Positions 29,124 to 39,522 of a stretch of 64,000 nt of DNA are shown in pieces. The number at the start of each line of letters is the position of its first letter. Within the stretch, counting starts at the first letter, position 1. The stretch lies in contig OZ242365.1 in the NCBI GenBank assembly GCA_965208905.1, forward strand, positions 1,024,001 through 1,088,000, given 5' to 3'. The translations under genes were made by a program, and so were the position numbers. The notes under the pieces are model-generated. The model made no database searches. It saw only the letters and a program-made list of their open reading frames with translations, and was not told the DNA's origin. This DNA comes from Nitrosopumilaceae archaeon (GTDB lineage Archaea; Thermoproteota; Nitrososphaeria; Nitrososphaerales; Nitrosopumilaceae).

Positions 29124-30293
29124 TTATATGATGCTCTGCACACTACCTACATCCAACAGATACCCGATATATCCACACTCTGGACAACCACGGCTCCAAT
29201 AACTCTCATCAGCATTGGGGTCATCTAGTGTAGAAAATCCACATTTGACACAATTCAAAGATGTACCTACTATGTCATAATAGTCGACTTTGATTCCCAC
29301 GCCTTCAAAAGAGTATGGCCATGATATGTATGCGTGTTCTACGGCATGCCGCTCACTGATACGTCTCTTCCCATCAGAACACTTGATATTATTCATATGT
29401 ATCTTATCTATGATGGGAGGCGCCAATACATTGAACTCTTCACGACTACATATCATCGCACTTAAATTCTTCACCAACCATCCGTACGGTCGATCATCAA
29501 CGCGCTTCAATAAACCATGACTCTCCAATAATGATATGATCTTTGCTACATTATGTGCATCTCGGTCTGGATCATCAGACATTGGATCAGCCAACACATT
29601 TGGGAGGTCCACTGCCTCTACAGACTCTCGTAGAAATCTAACCACCTTGTCGGCACCATGTAGACCACAATCTGTGCCTCCTAATGGTAGTCGGGTTACA
29701 TATATCTGGAATTTGTCATCATGTCTATGTGTAAATGTTATTGTGGATGCGCAGTCTGTACATTCCAAGGTTATCATATCGTTTTGTATCTGACAGTAGC
29801 CGGTCTCATGCTGACAAGGTATTTTATTCCACATCTTTGCAAAGTCTTTCATTGGAGTATGCTGATATATGTCGTGATCATTGTCAATCATAAGTAACTC
29901 ATTCATCAATAACATAAGCATAGTTTGATCCCGCAGTGGTGCCTCGCCCTCAGGGTCGGCACCATCCTCGGGCATTACTAGTTGAAATTTTTTGGTACCA
30001 ATAAACTCCCGAACATCAGATGTGAGGCTGTATCCTACAAACTGCCCATCTATGGTTAGCTCAAATGTTTTGGGATATCCAAACTTTAGTATAAACTGCA
30101 TACTTGTACCACACTTTGTGCATGTTAGATTGGCACATAATCCATACGCGGATATTAAGGGTTCATTATGATCGCACACCCCATCCTGCCAGATCTCCTC
30201 TAATCTGTACCTGTCTATTAGGTTGACCTGTCTTCGCTTATCCAAACTCTGTCGCCCTCTCCGTTTACGTTTTCGTGCCATCACACATGACAC
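29124..30293 (-). CDS. Hypothetical Cys-rich protein with repeated zinc-ribbon modules
   Basis: CDH..CTKC, CQH..CTDC, CVKC..CPEC. Confidence 0.65.
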   Translation of the reverse strand: MSCVMARKRKRRGRQSLDKRRQVNLIDRYRLEEIWQDGVCDHNEPLISAYGLCANLTCTKCGTSMQFILKFGYPKTFELTIDGQFVGYSLTSDVREFIGTKKFQLVMPEDGADPEGEAPLRDQTMLMLLMNELLMIDNDHDIYQHTPMKDFAKMWNKIPCQHETGYCQIQNDMITLECTDCASTITFTHRHDDKFQIYVTRLPLGGTDCGLHGADKVVRFLRESVEAVDLPNVLADPMSDDPDRDAHNVAKIISLLESHGLLKRVDDRPYGWLVKNLSAMICSREEFNVLAPPIIDKIHMNNIKCSDGKRRISERHAVEHAYISWPYSFEGVGIKVDYYDIVGTSLNCVKCGFSTLDDPNADESYWSRGCPECGYIGYLLDVGSVQSII

Positions 30294-30937
30294 TTCATGA
30301 TGATATTTAAGGCAAAAGTATGGGGAGGGGGAGGCGTATATACTCCGGTCTATTCATAAGGGGCAGATTTGGATAGAACGGTTTAAAGCTGATAGCAAAT
30401 TTGGATAATTTAATGGGGGATTCCATACTGCTCAGAAAGGAATTAAGAAAAATATATCGCAAAATCGATCTTTTAAAAAAAAGAGAATGCGGAACTTAGA
30501 TCTCAAGTAATTCAATTGAAAGGGGAAAAGGTATCAATGACAGACCAATACGAATCAGAGATTGAATATTATGCCATTACAGCGTAACATGCGCTACAAG
30601 TTAATGGTCGGTACGGGCATGCATATGTTGTTCAGTTTTGGTGATCTATACGTACCTCCCAAAAGCGCGGCATTACACCATGAAAAGGCATAGTGGAATT
30701 ATCCAAAAATCCAGACTGGGACATATTTGGGGAGTCTGCTAGACCTGAGGCAGGATCTGCGGTCTAATTTAGCCTTGCTCCACGTTTTCAGTTGTAACAA
30801 CAAAAATAACCACACATTTTGTGGCAGCAATATCAAATGTTGTATAATGTGGGAACAAAATATGTGAATATTTAGGCGATGCAGTCCCACCACACATCTG
30901 GCATACTTATTAAATTCTGCACCTATACGGTATTATA

Positions 30938-31285
30938 ATGAGTGTTATGTGTGATACTCCTGACCGTCTGGACATAATAAAACCTGATCTGGACAAGATA
31001 GTGACCAAAATTGTGGATAATCATGACCCTATACGCATTATACTATTTGGCTCATACGCACGGGGCACAACTGGCAAGCATAGCGATATAGACCTATTGG
31101 TTGTAATGGATAGCGGAAAAAAGGAGGGAGCCGGAGCCCGAATCATAAACACACTGGCTTTTGTGTCCGACATACCGCAGGATGTAGTTGTGACCACGCC
31201 CGATGATATAGAACGAATTGGTGATGATACCGGCTACGTCATATATTATGCACTCAAGGACGGGATAATGCTGTATGAGCGTTAA
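30938..31285 (+). CDS. Minimal nucleotidyltransferase (MNT)
   Basis: LFGSYARG...SDIDLLVV. Confidence 0.92.
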   Translation: MSVMCDTPDRLDIIKPDLDKIVTKIVDNHDPIRIILFGSYARGTTGKHSDIDLLVVMDSGKKEGAGARIINTLAFVSDIPQDVVVTTPDDIERIGDDTGYVIYYALKDGIMLYER

Positions 31286-31646
31286 CTCAGCGCGGGAGTG
31301 GATGGCACGTGCGCGAAACGATCTCAACACTGCCATATCATGCGCAAATTTGGATCCGCAGCTATCCTGCTATCTGTCACAGCAGTGTATAGAAAAGTCA
31401 CTAAAGTCCACATACATATATCGAAACGTAGATGTGCCCCACACTCATAACCTGAAGGAATTACACGGTGCCGTGCCCGATGGCTGGTCTGTATCAAACA
31501 TAAAACAATACGATTTTGGAATAATTTCAGCGTGGGTCATTACCGGACGATATCCGTCCGGCGCAACACTCACCAAAAAAGATGCCAAGTATGGTATTGA
31601 TGCGGCACAAGCCATACACGAATCCGTAAAAACAGACATGAAATAA
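31275..31646 (+). CDS. HEPN-domain protein
   Basis: QQCIEKSLK, HTHNL, RYP; overlaps the MNT gene. Confidence 0.9.
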   Translation: MSVNSAREWMARARNDLNTAISCANLDPQLSCYLSQQCIEKSLKSTYIYRNVDVPHTHNLKELHGAVPDGWSVSNIKQYDFGIISAWVITGRYPSGATLTKKDAKYGIDAAQAIHESVKTDMK

Positions 31647-31791
31647 CACGAATCATCCTAAAGCCTAATCAGTATGTAACCTATGTGCGTAGAAGATAAC
31701 CTACTGTATAATACGCCTTAATCTGGTACGTATTCGACTCTACTTTTTCAGGTATGAATCAGTAGAACAACATCATTGCTTACATCTAAAA

Positions 31792-33096
31792 ATGACGGCG
31801 GGGTTGAATATGCACCTACCATTCATGCTAGGATTTTTATCCGTGCATCTTTTCCAGTATGATGTGAGCAAGATAAAGGACGCAACTCTAGCAGAAGAAG
31901 GACGGGCATCATATCAGTGGGCACGCCAACACATGAAGATTCTTGATAGTACCATATCCAAACTACAACAGTCTGGACCTCTAAACGGCACCACTGTGGC
32001 ATGCTGTCTACACATGACAAAGGAGACATCTGTATTACTGATGGGTCTAAAGGAGCTGGGAGCTGAGGTGGCATGCTGCGCTGGCAATCCACTCTCCACT
32101 CACGATGACATTACTGCATTTTTAGCATCCGAAGGCATACATACGTATGCTTGGAACGATCAGACTCCCGAAGAGTATGATTGGTGTATAGATCAGGTAC
32201 TGCAACACAGACCATCCATTCTAGTGGATGATGGTGCTGACATGAACGTAAAAGCACACTTTGATAAAGAATATTCAGATTTAGGCATATTGGGTGCCAC
32301 CGAGGAGACCACCGCAGGTGTCAATCGACTTCGGGCCATCGAAAGACAGGGCAAGCTAAAGTACCCTGTCATACTAGTCAACAATGCCTACACAAAACAA
32401 CTATTTGATAACCGATATGGGACAGGCCAGAGTACTATCGATGGTCTGCTGCGTTCTATGAACTTGCTATTGGCATCTAAAAGAGTCGTTGTTGCTGGTT
32501 ATGGATGGGTAGGTCGGGGAGTTGCCGCTAGATGTCGAGGGATGAACTCCAACGTTATTGTGACCGAGACGGATCCCATAAAGGCACTTGAAGCACATAT
32601 GGATGGCTATCAGGTCATGCGCATGTCCAAGGCCGCTACACTGGGAGATGTCTTTATCACCACAACAGGTATGACCGATGTCATACGGCGTGAACACATT
32701 CTGCGTATGCGGGATGGTGCCATACTGGCAAATGTGGGCCATTTTGATGTAGAGATAGATACTAAATTTTTACTATCTATGGATACACGCAGGGTGAGAC
32801 CCAACCTTGATGAGTGTACGCTGCCCAACGGACGACGAATTTATCTTATTGGTGAAGGACGATTGGCAAACCTATCAGCTGCCGAGGGTCATCCACCCGA
32901 GGTAATGGCGCAGTCATTCTCAAACCAACTGTTGTCTGTTAGACACATACTTCAAAATCACCAAACCATGCCTAAAGAAGTGTTGAATGTCCCATCTTAT
33001 ATAGACCGACAAGTTGCCATCGATGCGTTGGATGCCATGAGTGTCAAGATAGACCGACTAAATGCCAAACAACGAGCCTACATGAACAGCTGGTAG
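31792..33096 (+). CDS. ahcY: Adenosylhomocysteinase
   Basis: HMTKET, EETTAG, FDNRYGTGQS, GYGWVGRG, GHFDVEID; true start probably slightly downstream. Confidence 0.95.
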   Translation: MTAGLNMHLPFMLGFLSVHLFQYDVSKIKDATLAEEGRASYQWARQHMKILDSTISKLQQSGPLNGTTVACCLHMTKETSVLLMGLKELGAEVACCAGNPLSTHDDITAFLASEGIHTYAWNDQTPEEYDWCIDQVLQHRPSILVDDGADMNVKAHFDKEYSDLGILGATEETTAGVNRLRAIERQGKLKYPVILVNNAYTKQLFDNRYGTGQSTIDGLLRSMNLLLASKRVVVAGYGWVGRGVAARCRGMNSNVIVTETDPIKALEAHMDGYQVMRMSKAATLGDVFITTTGMTDVIRREHILRMRDGAILANVGHFDVEIDTKFLLSMDTRRVRPNLDECTLPNGRRIYLIGEGRLANLSAAEGHPPEVMAQSFSNQLLSVRHILQNHQTMPKEVLNVPSYIDRQVAIDALDAMSVKIDRLNAKQRAYMNSW

Positions 33097-33130
33097 TTAG
33101 TTAATATTGGATTAATGTGGGCACGATATA

Positions 33131-34129
33131 ATGGCACAGACATGGAAAGATGACGACATTACACTGGATAGCATAAAAGAGCAGACAATCTCGGTTCTAG
33201 GATATGGCATACAAGGCTCGGCTCAGGCCAGCAACATGAAAGACACTGGACTTGATGTGGTGGTGGGACTCAAAAGAGATAGTCCCAGCTGGTCAAAAGC
33301 CGTATCGGATGGACACAAAGTTCTTGAGACATCTGATGCGTGCAAGCAAGGCGATATTATACACGTACTGATACCCGACATGGTACAGTCTGATGTGTAC
33401 AAGACCGATATAGCGCCACATTTGACAGAGAACAAGGCACTGGCATTCTCGCACGGCGCCGCTATAAATTGGGGGTGGATCAATGCTCCAAAGAATATTG
33501 ATATCATAATGGTGGCACCAAAAGGTCCTGGCTCCAAAGTACGTGAAACGTATCTGGAGGGCTTTGGGACACCATCTATAGTTGCAGTTCATCAGGATTA
33601 TACTGGAACTGCTTGGAATCGTACATTGGCCATCGGCAAGGCAATAGGCAGTGCTAGGGCTGGTCTCATTGGTACCACGTTTAAGGAAGAGGTGGAGACT
33701 GACTGGTTTGGCGAGCAAGCCGACCTGTGTGGCGGAGCTGCATCTATGGTCACCAACTCCTTTGAGACTCTCGTTGAAGCTGGCTACCAGCCAGAGATTG
33801 CATACTTTGAGGTGCTACACGAACTCAAGCTAATAGTAGACATGATACAAAGATACGGCATAAATGGCATGTGGAATCGTGTAAGTGAGACTGCCCGATA
33901 TGGTGGTTTGACTAGAGGACCTCTTGTCATGGACTCTACAACCAAAGAACGAATGAAGAAGGTCCTAGACATGATACAAGATGGCACATTCAATGAAGAG
34001 TGGGTTGGTGAGTATAAGAAGAATGGACGTAACTCTTTTGACCGATACATGAAGAAGATGGATGATCACCAAATAGAACAGGTAGGGCGCCGCATGCGCA
34101 AGATGATGTGGCCGGATTCAACCGAATAA
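33131..34129 (+). CDS. ilvC: Ketol-acid reductoisomerase
   Basis: GYGIQG, MVAPKGPG, ETDWFGEQ, AYFEVLHE. Confidence 0.96.
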   Translation: MAQTWKDDDITLDSIKEQTISVLGYGIQGSAQASNMKDTGLDVVVGLKRDSPSWSKAVSDGHKVLETSDACKQGDIIHVLIPDMVQSDVYKTDIAPHLTENKALAFSHGAAINWGWINAPKNIDIIMVAPKGPGSKVRETYLEGFGTPSIVAVHQDYTGTAWNRTLAIGKAIGSARAGLIGTTFKEEVETDWFGEQADLCGGAASMVTNSFETLVEAGYQPEIAYFEVLHELKLIVDMIQRYGINGMWNRVSETARYGGLTRGPLVMDSTTKERMKKVLDMIQDGTFNEEWVGEYKKNGRNSFDRYMKKMDDHQIEQVGRRMRKMMWPDSTE

Positions 34130-34133
34130 TAAA

Positions 34134-34541
34134 CTAATTTTTTCTTAATTTTGATACGCCCTTCTCTATATGCTCTATAATGTTTGGTAACGGCGTGCCG
34201 GGCCCAAAGACCTTATCGATACCAGACTCTGTTAATTTTGGATAGTCTGCTTGAGGTATGACGCCGCCCCCCACGACTAGAACATCATCTAGTTGTTTCT
34301 CTCGAAGCTTTGTAACGACCCTTGGGAAGAGTGTATTGTGCGCACCATTTAACAAGCTCATTGCTACAGCATCTACATCTTCATCTTCTGCCATCTGTGC
34401 TACACGGTCCGGCGTGGCGAATAGCCCTGAGTATATCACTTCCATACCCGCATCACGAAATGCTCTGCAGAGTACCAAAGCTCCACGATCGTGACCATCC
34501 AGACCCAACTTTGCTACTAAAACCTTTATGCTTCTCTCCAT
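34134..34541 (-). CDS. Methylmalonyl-CoA mutase small (B12-binding) subunit
   Basis: GLDGHDRG, GGGVIP, FGPGT. Confidence 0.92.
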   Translation of the reverse strand: MERSIKVLVAKLGLDGHDRGALVLCRAFRDAGMEVIYSGLFATPDRVAQMAEDEDVDAVAMSLLNGAHNTLFPRVVTKLREKQLDDVLVVGGGVIPQADYPKLTESGIDKVFGPGTPLPNIIEHIEKGVSKLRKN

Positions 34542-34604
34542 ATTTTTTGTAAAATAATTCTAATTAAAATGCCTTTCTAAATTTTTTATCCAAATATGGT
34601 AAAT

Positions 34605-35555
34605 TCAACCAATAGTCAACATTCTATCTATGGCCCGGCGAGCCTTATCCGCAATCTTCTTCTCCACTGTAACATGATACTTGTCGTGTACCAATGAATC
34701 ATATACTTTTTGAAGCGTGATCATCTTCATGTATTGACATTCGGCCTTCTCTGACGCCGGTACAAATGTCTTGTGAGGATTCTGTTTCTTCATACGATAC
34801 AATATGCCGGTTTCAGTTGCTACCACAAAGTTCTTTGAATCAGACCTGCTTACATGCTTCATCATACCTTCAGTTGATAGTACCGATACGGCCTTGTCTT
34901 GATATGTACCTGTTGACACATCATACAGTATGGGGGTTGTGCAACTGCATTCTGGGTGTATTAAAAATTCGGCTTCTTTTAATGACTTTATCTTTTCATT
35001 GACATCTGCGGCACTAATTCCTGCATGAACATGGCACTCGCCGGCCCAGACAAAGATGTTTTTTCTACCTGTACTCTTTGATACGTATGAACCTAAAAAC
35101 ATATCAGGTAAAAATAGTATCTCTCTGTCGGTGGGGATTGAATTTACAACCTTTACTGCGTTGGATGATGTACAGCAGTAATCCAGTTCTGACTTTATTT
35201 CTGCTGTAGTATTGACATAACCTACGGCAACGGCATTTGGATGCTCCCTCTTCCACTCCTTTAACTCTTGTATGGTTATTGAATCTGATAACGAACAACC
35301 TGCTTGAGTGTCTGGTATGAGTACTTTTTTGTCAGGACTTATTATTGCAGCGGTCTCTGCCATAAAATGCACACCGCAAAATACAATGACTTTCTGTGGT
35401 ACCTGTGCCGCTTGCCTGGACAGATTTAGTGAATCGCCAATAATATCTGCCACGTCCTGTACCTCGGGTATTTGGTAGTTATGAGCTAAAATGACTGCAT
35501 CCTTCTCTTCTTTGAGGCGCTTTATCTCCCGACTCAGATCCTCGACTTGCATCAT
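34605..35555 (-). CDS. nadA: Quinolinate synthase
   Basis: AHNYQ, CGVHFMAE, AGCS, YVNT, HPEC, CQYMK. Confidence 0.96.
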   Translation of the reverse strand: MMQVEDLSREIKRLKEEKDAVILAHNYQIPEVQDVADIIGDSLNLSRQAAQVPQKVIVFCGVHFMAETAAIISPDKKVLIPDTQAGCSLSDSITIQELKEWKREHPNAVAVGYVNTTAEIKSELDYCCTSSNAVKVVNSIPTDREILFLPDMFLGSYVSKSTGRKNIFVWAGECHVHAGISAADVNEKIKSLKEAEFLIHPECSCTTPILYDVSTGTYQDKAVSVLSTEGMMKHVSRSDSKNFVVATETGILYRMKKQNPHKTFVPASEKAECQYMKMITLQKVYDSLVHDKYHVTVEKKIADKARRAIDRMLTIG

Positions 35556-35963
35556 GCTGATGGTTTTGGTGTATAGTAAATTTAAATGAGACGATCATAG
35601 TAAATACTGCATAATTTTAGATTATGTGGACAATTTTTGCCGCTTTTTACTCTATATATTCAAAAACCACAGCATTTTTCTCCCATATTTGCTAAACATG
35701 TCTGTATAAGCCAACCATATGTGATTATACAACTTGAAACTGTAAATCTAAGATGTAATGTTTCAACTAAAAACACTCTGATATTATGACCTGCAAAGCT
35801 TAACAGTTTAGAATTAATTATTAATTCAGATATGTTTTTAAATTCTACCTGGACCTCTTTATGACTGTACTGTCTTTTGTGTTTTTAATATTGTGTAATT
35901 TTGGTCGTGTATAGTCTATTAAAATCATAAAACTATTTTCAAACTTTTGATTACATTTAATTT

Positions 35964-36371
35964 TTAATGTGTGCTGTCTCGTCTTTTTATCTCAGATTTT
36001 ACAGCATATAGTATAGTGCGTGCTTCAGCTAAACTTGTTTTTGCATCGGGCTCTGCGGGTATCTCATCATATGACACCGGATATCTGCCAATAATGACCC
36101 ATGTCGATATTCTCTTTAGATCATAGGGTACATCCTTAACTGACCAATCGGAAGATATTGCACCGTATATCTCTAGCAGATTATGTGTGTGCGGCACCTC
36201 CCTGTTCTCGTAAATTAACACCGCTTTTAGTGATTTTTCAACACATTGCTGAATATGGAGTCTCATGTTGTTTATGTCGCCGATGGTCTCTGCATATGTT
36301 GCCATTTTCAGGTCACCTTCAGCATATTGCAGCCACTTCCTAGCTGATTCAGCGCTCATATAGCATGACAC
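35964..36371 (-). CDS. HEPN-domain protein
   Basis: QQCVEKSLK, HTHNL, RYP; paralogue of 31275-31646. Confidence 0.9.
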   Translation of the reverse strand: MSCYMSAESARKWLQYAEGDLKMATYAETIGDINNMRLHIQQCVEKSLKAVLIYENREVPHTHNLLEIYGAISSDWSVKDVPYDLKRISTWVIIGRYPVSYDEIPAEPDAKTSLAEARTILYAVKSEIKRRDSTH

Positions 36372-36783
36372 CTTCTTTTAGCGCATAATAGTATACATAC
36401 CCTGTGTCGTGTTTTACACGCTCCAACTCTTTTGAGTCGACAACTATGACGTCTATTGCAATACCTGCGGGGTCAATTGTACCTAATATTCTTACCATGT
36501 CATAAATTGGATCTCTCACCTCGTCTAACACTACCAACAAATCAACATCACTGTGAAAGTTGGGGGTACCACGTGCATACGACCCAAATAATATGATTTT
36601 TTGAGGATTATTTTTTTTTATAATTTTATCAACAGCTCTATCAATAAACGGCCTTGCCAATCTTGTAAAATCCTGTGATGTGCGTTTTTTACCATTTTCA
36701 TCTATGCTACCATATGAATACATGGAGTGCTGTTTGGTATTTACCATCAATACGACCTCCTCATTGTATCTAATAACCACCAA
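36349..36783 (-). CDS. Minimal nucleotidyltransferase (MNT)
   Basis: LFGSYARG...SDVDLLVV. Confidence 0.9.
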   Translation of the reverse strand: MVVIRYNEEVVLMVNTKQHSMYSYGSIDENGKKRTSQDFTRLARPFIDRAVDKIIKKNNPQKIILFGSYARGTPNFHSDVDLLVVLDEVRDPIYDMVRILGTIDPAGIAIDVIVVDSKELERVKHDTGYVYYYALKEGVMLYER

Positions 36784-37757
36784 TATCCATTAAAATCATA
36801 TGGTATGGCTCTTAACAAATCCATATTATGACACTTTTGTGTATTAACATGTAATGCAAAACTTTCCGAATGTATAAGATGAAATTTTTCAACAGCTGGG
36901 ACCATACTGTTTTTGGACACTGTTATCATGTTATTACTGTCGACCACTTGTGGCGTAGTCATATGTTGAATAATGTTTGCGTGATATAAAAATACCATTA
37001 TTATATTCAGAAGGCAGAAATCTACTCTCACACTCGTCTTTGATCATGACACATTTTAAGGCGCTTTTTGTACAAACAAAAGTTTTGTAGATGCGACGGC
37101 AGAGGTGAAGGCCAGTACTGGCAATTTTAATGGATGCCCACCTGAATTGATGACCAAATTCAGAGGCTGCAGTAACTATATAGATGTGGTGGGAGGTTTA
37201 AAGGTGCTCCCACTATAATTTAATAAATAAATATTATTCAAATGTACTTGATTGGCCCTTTGTGGACATTCAAACTATATTTTTTGTTTGATTAAAAACA
37301 ATATTCAAAATATATTAAAACAATTATGACCAGAGTTTAATTATCAAAAAATTCAATGTCTAATATCCCTTCTAATTCTTGTGGTTCCAAGGACTTGCCA
37401 TATTGAGGGCTAGTTGTATTGAGAATTAGTAACTATGTGTTGTGGTGTATGTTCGGTCCAGAGTACGGTTTTGCTATTGTGGTGGTTTGAAGCTGTGTTT
37501 CTTTGTATGGCATCCTACCTTCCACCTCACGTCTAACTCATCTATAGATGTATAAAATACAGTTTTTCTACACATGTCCATATTGAGGTCTAGCCCAATC
37601 AAATTATAGTCTTGTTTAATATATCCAGGCGGTGAGCTTTGGACTACATACATGATGTTTGATTTTCCCACTTTTAGTAGACAGATATTAAAATTTAGTT
37701 TACTATAATGAGTATTTTGTGTTTGGTAACCATTGGTAGATATTTTGGTATTTTTGC

Positions 37758-38585
37758 CTAAGAACCTACAATAATTCCATGGGCACAATATTTGTACAAT
37801 GTATTGATTGCCGAGAGGGCAGCCAATCTACTGGTCTTTGGATTGTCAGGATCTGGGGAATTTTGTAACGTAAACTGCATTGTACCAAAACTCCCTTGTA
37901 CGTGTATAGTATGTGTGTTGGTTGTAATATGTGGGTCAGCTTTTACTATGACGGAGACGTCTTGTCCTGCTGCCATAGATACTGATGCTGCCACATTCAC
38001 ATTGGCTGGAAAGAGTTTTACTGCATCGGCGGCACTACCTTGGAATAATGTTACTACATCATCGACAATGTCGTTTACATTTACCTCTGACTGCGCAAAG
38101 TATGGCGCATCTTTTAGTGATGTTGGGTGCTTTGTGGTTGTAATGGATATCTCTCTTATATGATCTCGCACCGAATATATGGCGTCCAGACCTCCTACGG
38201 CCCCTGAGGGCAGGTATACTCTACTACCAAACTCTTCGGATGCTTGAGATAATACCTCACTTATGGTGCTGTCCAGCAGGGCACCAGTACTCATTATTAT
38301 AATGTCCCGACGGTTTTGTATGACACTTAATGCTATATCTCTAACGGCATCCTGCGATGCAGCCTCTACCACGATATCAACAGGCGGATAGGACAGTAGA
38401 TGGGCATTTTGGCTTATCTCTGGTTTTGACTTTAGTCGTGCCACCAGATCATTTGATGCTGACTTTGATGAATCATATACGCGCTCCAGCTTGGCGGGTA
38501 TTGCACCTGAATCTATTGCTAATGCCAACTGTGTACCGATGAACCCACAGCCTAGTATGGCAACTTTCTTGAGCGGCCGCGACAT
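37758..38585 (-). CDS. nadX: Aspartate dehydrogenase
   Basis: GCGFIG, VEAAS, SGAVGGLD, FPANVNVA, NPKTS. Confidence 0.92.
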   Translation of the reverse strand: MSRPLKKVAILGCGFIGTQLALAIDSGAIPAKLERVYDSSKSASNDLVARLKSKPEISQNAHLLSYPPVDIVVEAASQDAVRDIALSVIQNRRDIIIMSTGALLDSTISEVLSQASEEFGSRVYLPSGAVGGLDAIYSVRDHIREISITTTKHPTSLKDAPYFAQSEVNVNDIVDDVVTLFQGSAADAVKLFPANVNVAASVSMAAGQDVSVIVKADPHITTNTHTIHVQGSFGTMQFTLQNSPDPDNPKTSRLAALSAINTLYKYCAHGIIVGS

Positions 38586-38589
38586 TATA

Positions 38590-38976
38590 TCATTCCTTTA
38601 TGAATATGGCATTGACAACGCCGTCCTGCCCTGGTCTTGATACCACGCGACAGGTTCCCTCCTCTGTCTCCAGAATTGCTCCACGTGTTATGACACCTCG
38701 GCGTTGGTAGTCATTATTTGTGGGATTCGACAAGACTTTGACTATCTTTGATTTTATGACGGTATCGCCGACCCCGGACAAATTCACAAACTCGGCAGTC
38801 TTTAGAGCAGTCTTGGAGTGGGCTCCTCGAGTCCTTCGGGTAACTGTCACCTGAGCATCCTTGGCTAAAGCCTCATTTGGGTATCTATTCATCTCGTACT
38901 TGCGACGTACGCGCAGTGGATGCCTACGCCCACCTGTCAATTTACTGGTAGCCAGATTCTCTACAGATTTTCGCAT
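38590..38976 (-). CDS. rps8e: 30S ribosomal protein S8e
   Basis: TGGR, RRGVITRGA, SRPGQDG. Confidence 0.95.
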   Translation of the reverse strand: MRKSVENLATSKLTGGRRHPLRVRRKYEMNRYPNEALAKDAQVTVTRRTRGAHSKTALKTAEFVNLSGVGDTVIKSKIVKVLSNPTNNDYQRRGVITRGAILETEEGTCRVVSRPGQDGVVNAIFIKE

Positions 38977-39009
38977 GTGTACAAGACTACATACCTCTAA
39001 TTTAAAGCG

Positions 39010-39522
39010 TCACGTTCTCATCTTTTTGAAGAGTCTCTGTTTTAGCTCTTGGGAGTCATGTATGCCAAAGTAACTACCGAATTTGTCTGTGGTGTTGTAT
39101 ATCTTTAGTCTACCTGCATCCTGATACGTTACAAAACCCAGCCGCTTTAGCTCCTTGAGATGTGCGTATACGCCATTTCCTCGAGTCTCAACCAACTGCT
39201 TAGTGGAGACGGGTTGCATAAATGCAATATATGATAGCGTCTTTTGCATGGCCCGGGACAGCAGTGGCTGTGAGGCAAACTTACGTATGACTTCACTATA
39301 CTCGTGCTTTAGCTGTAAAACATATGTCTCATCAGGAAGCCGAGACACCTCTAGCGCCATCATCTGTTTGTTGACCCTCTTCATTATCTCATTGAGCATG
39401 CTGATGGTACGTGTCTTTGATCCCGTACCTGACACACGTATTAACTCAGATATCTCTAATGGCCTGCCTGCTGCATATAGTGCTGCCTCAAGTCTGGCAA
39501 TGGGTTCTGTATCATCTGCCAT
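39010..39522 (-). CDS. scpB: SMC-Scp complex subunit ScpB
   Basis: LEAALY, LS...TLSYIA.QP, YNTTDKF..YFG. Confidence 0.9.
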   Translation of the reverse strand: MADDTEPIARLEAALYAAGRPLEISELIRVSGTGSKTRTISMLNEIMKRVNKQMMALEVSRLPDETYVLQLKHEYSEVIRKFASQPLLSRAMQKTLSYIAFMQPVSTKQLVETRGNGVYAHLKELKRLGFVTYQDAGRLKIYNTTDKFGSYFGIHDSQELKQRLFKKMRT

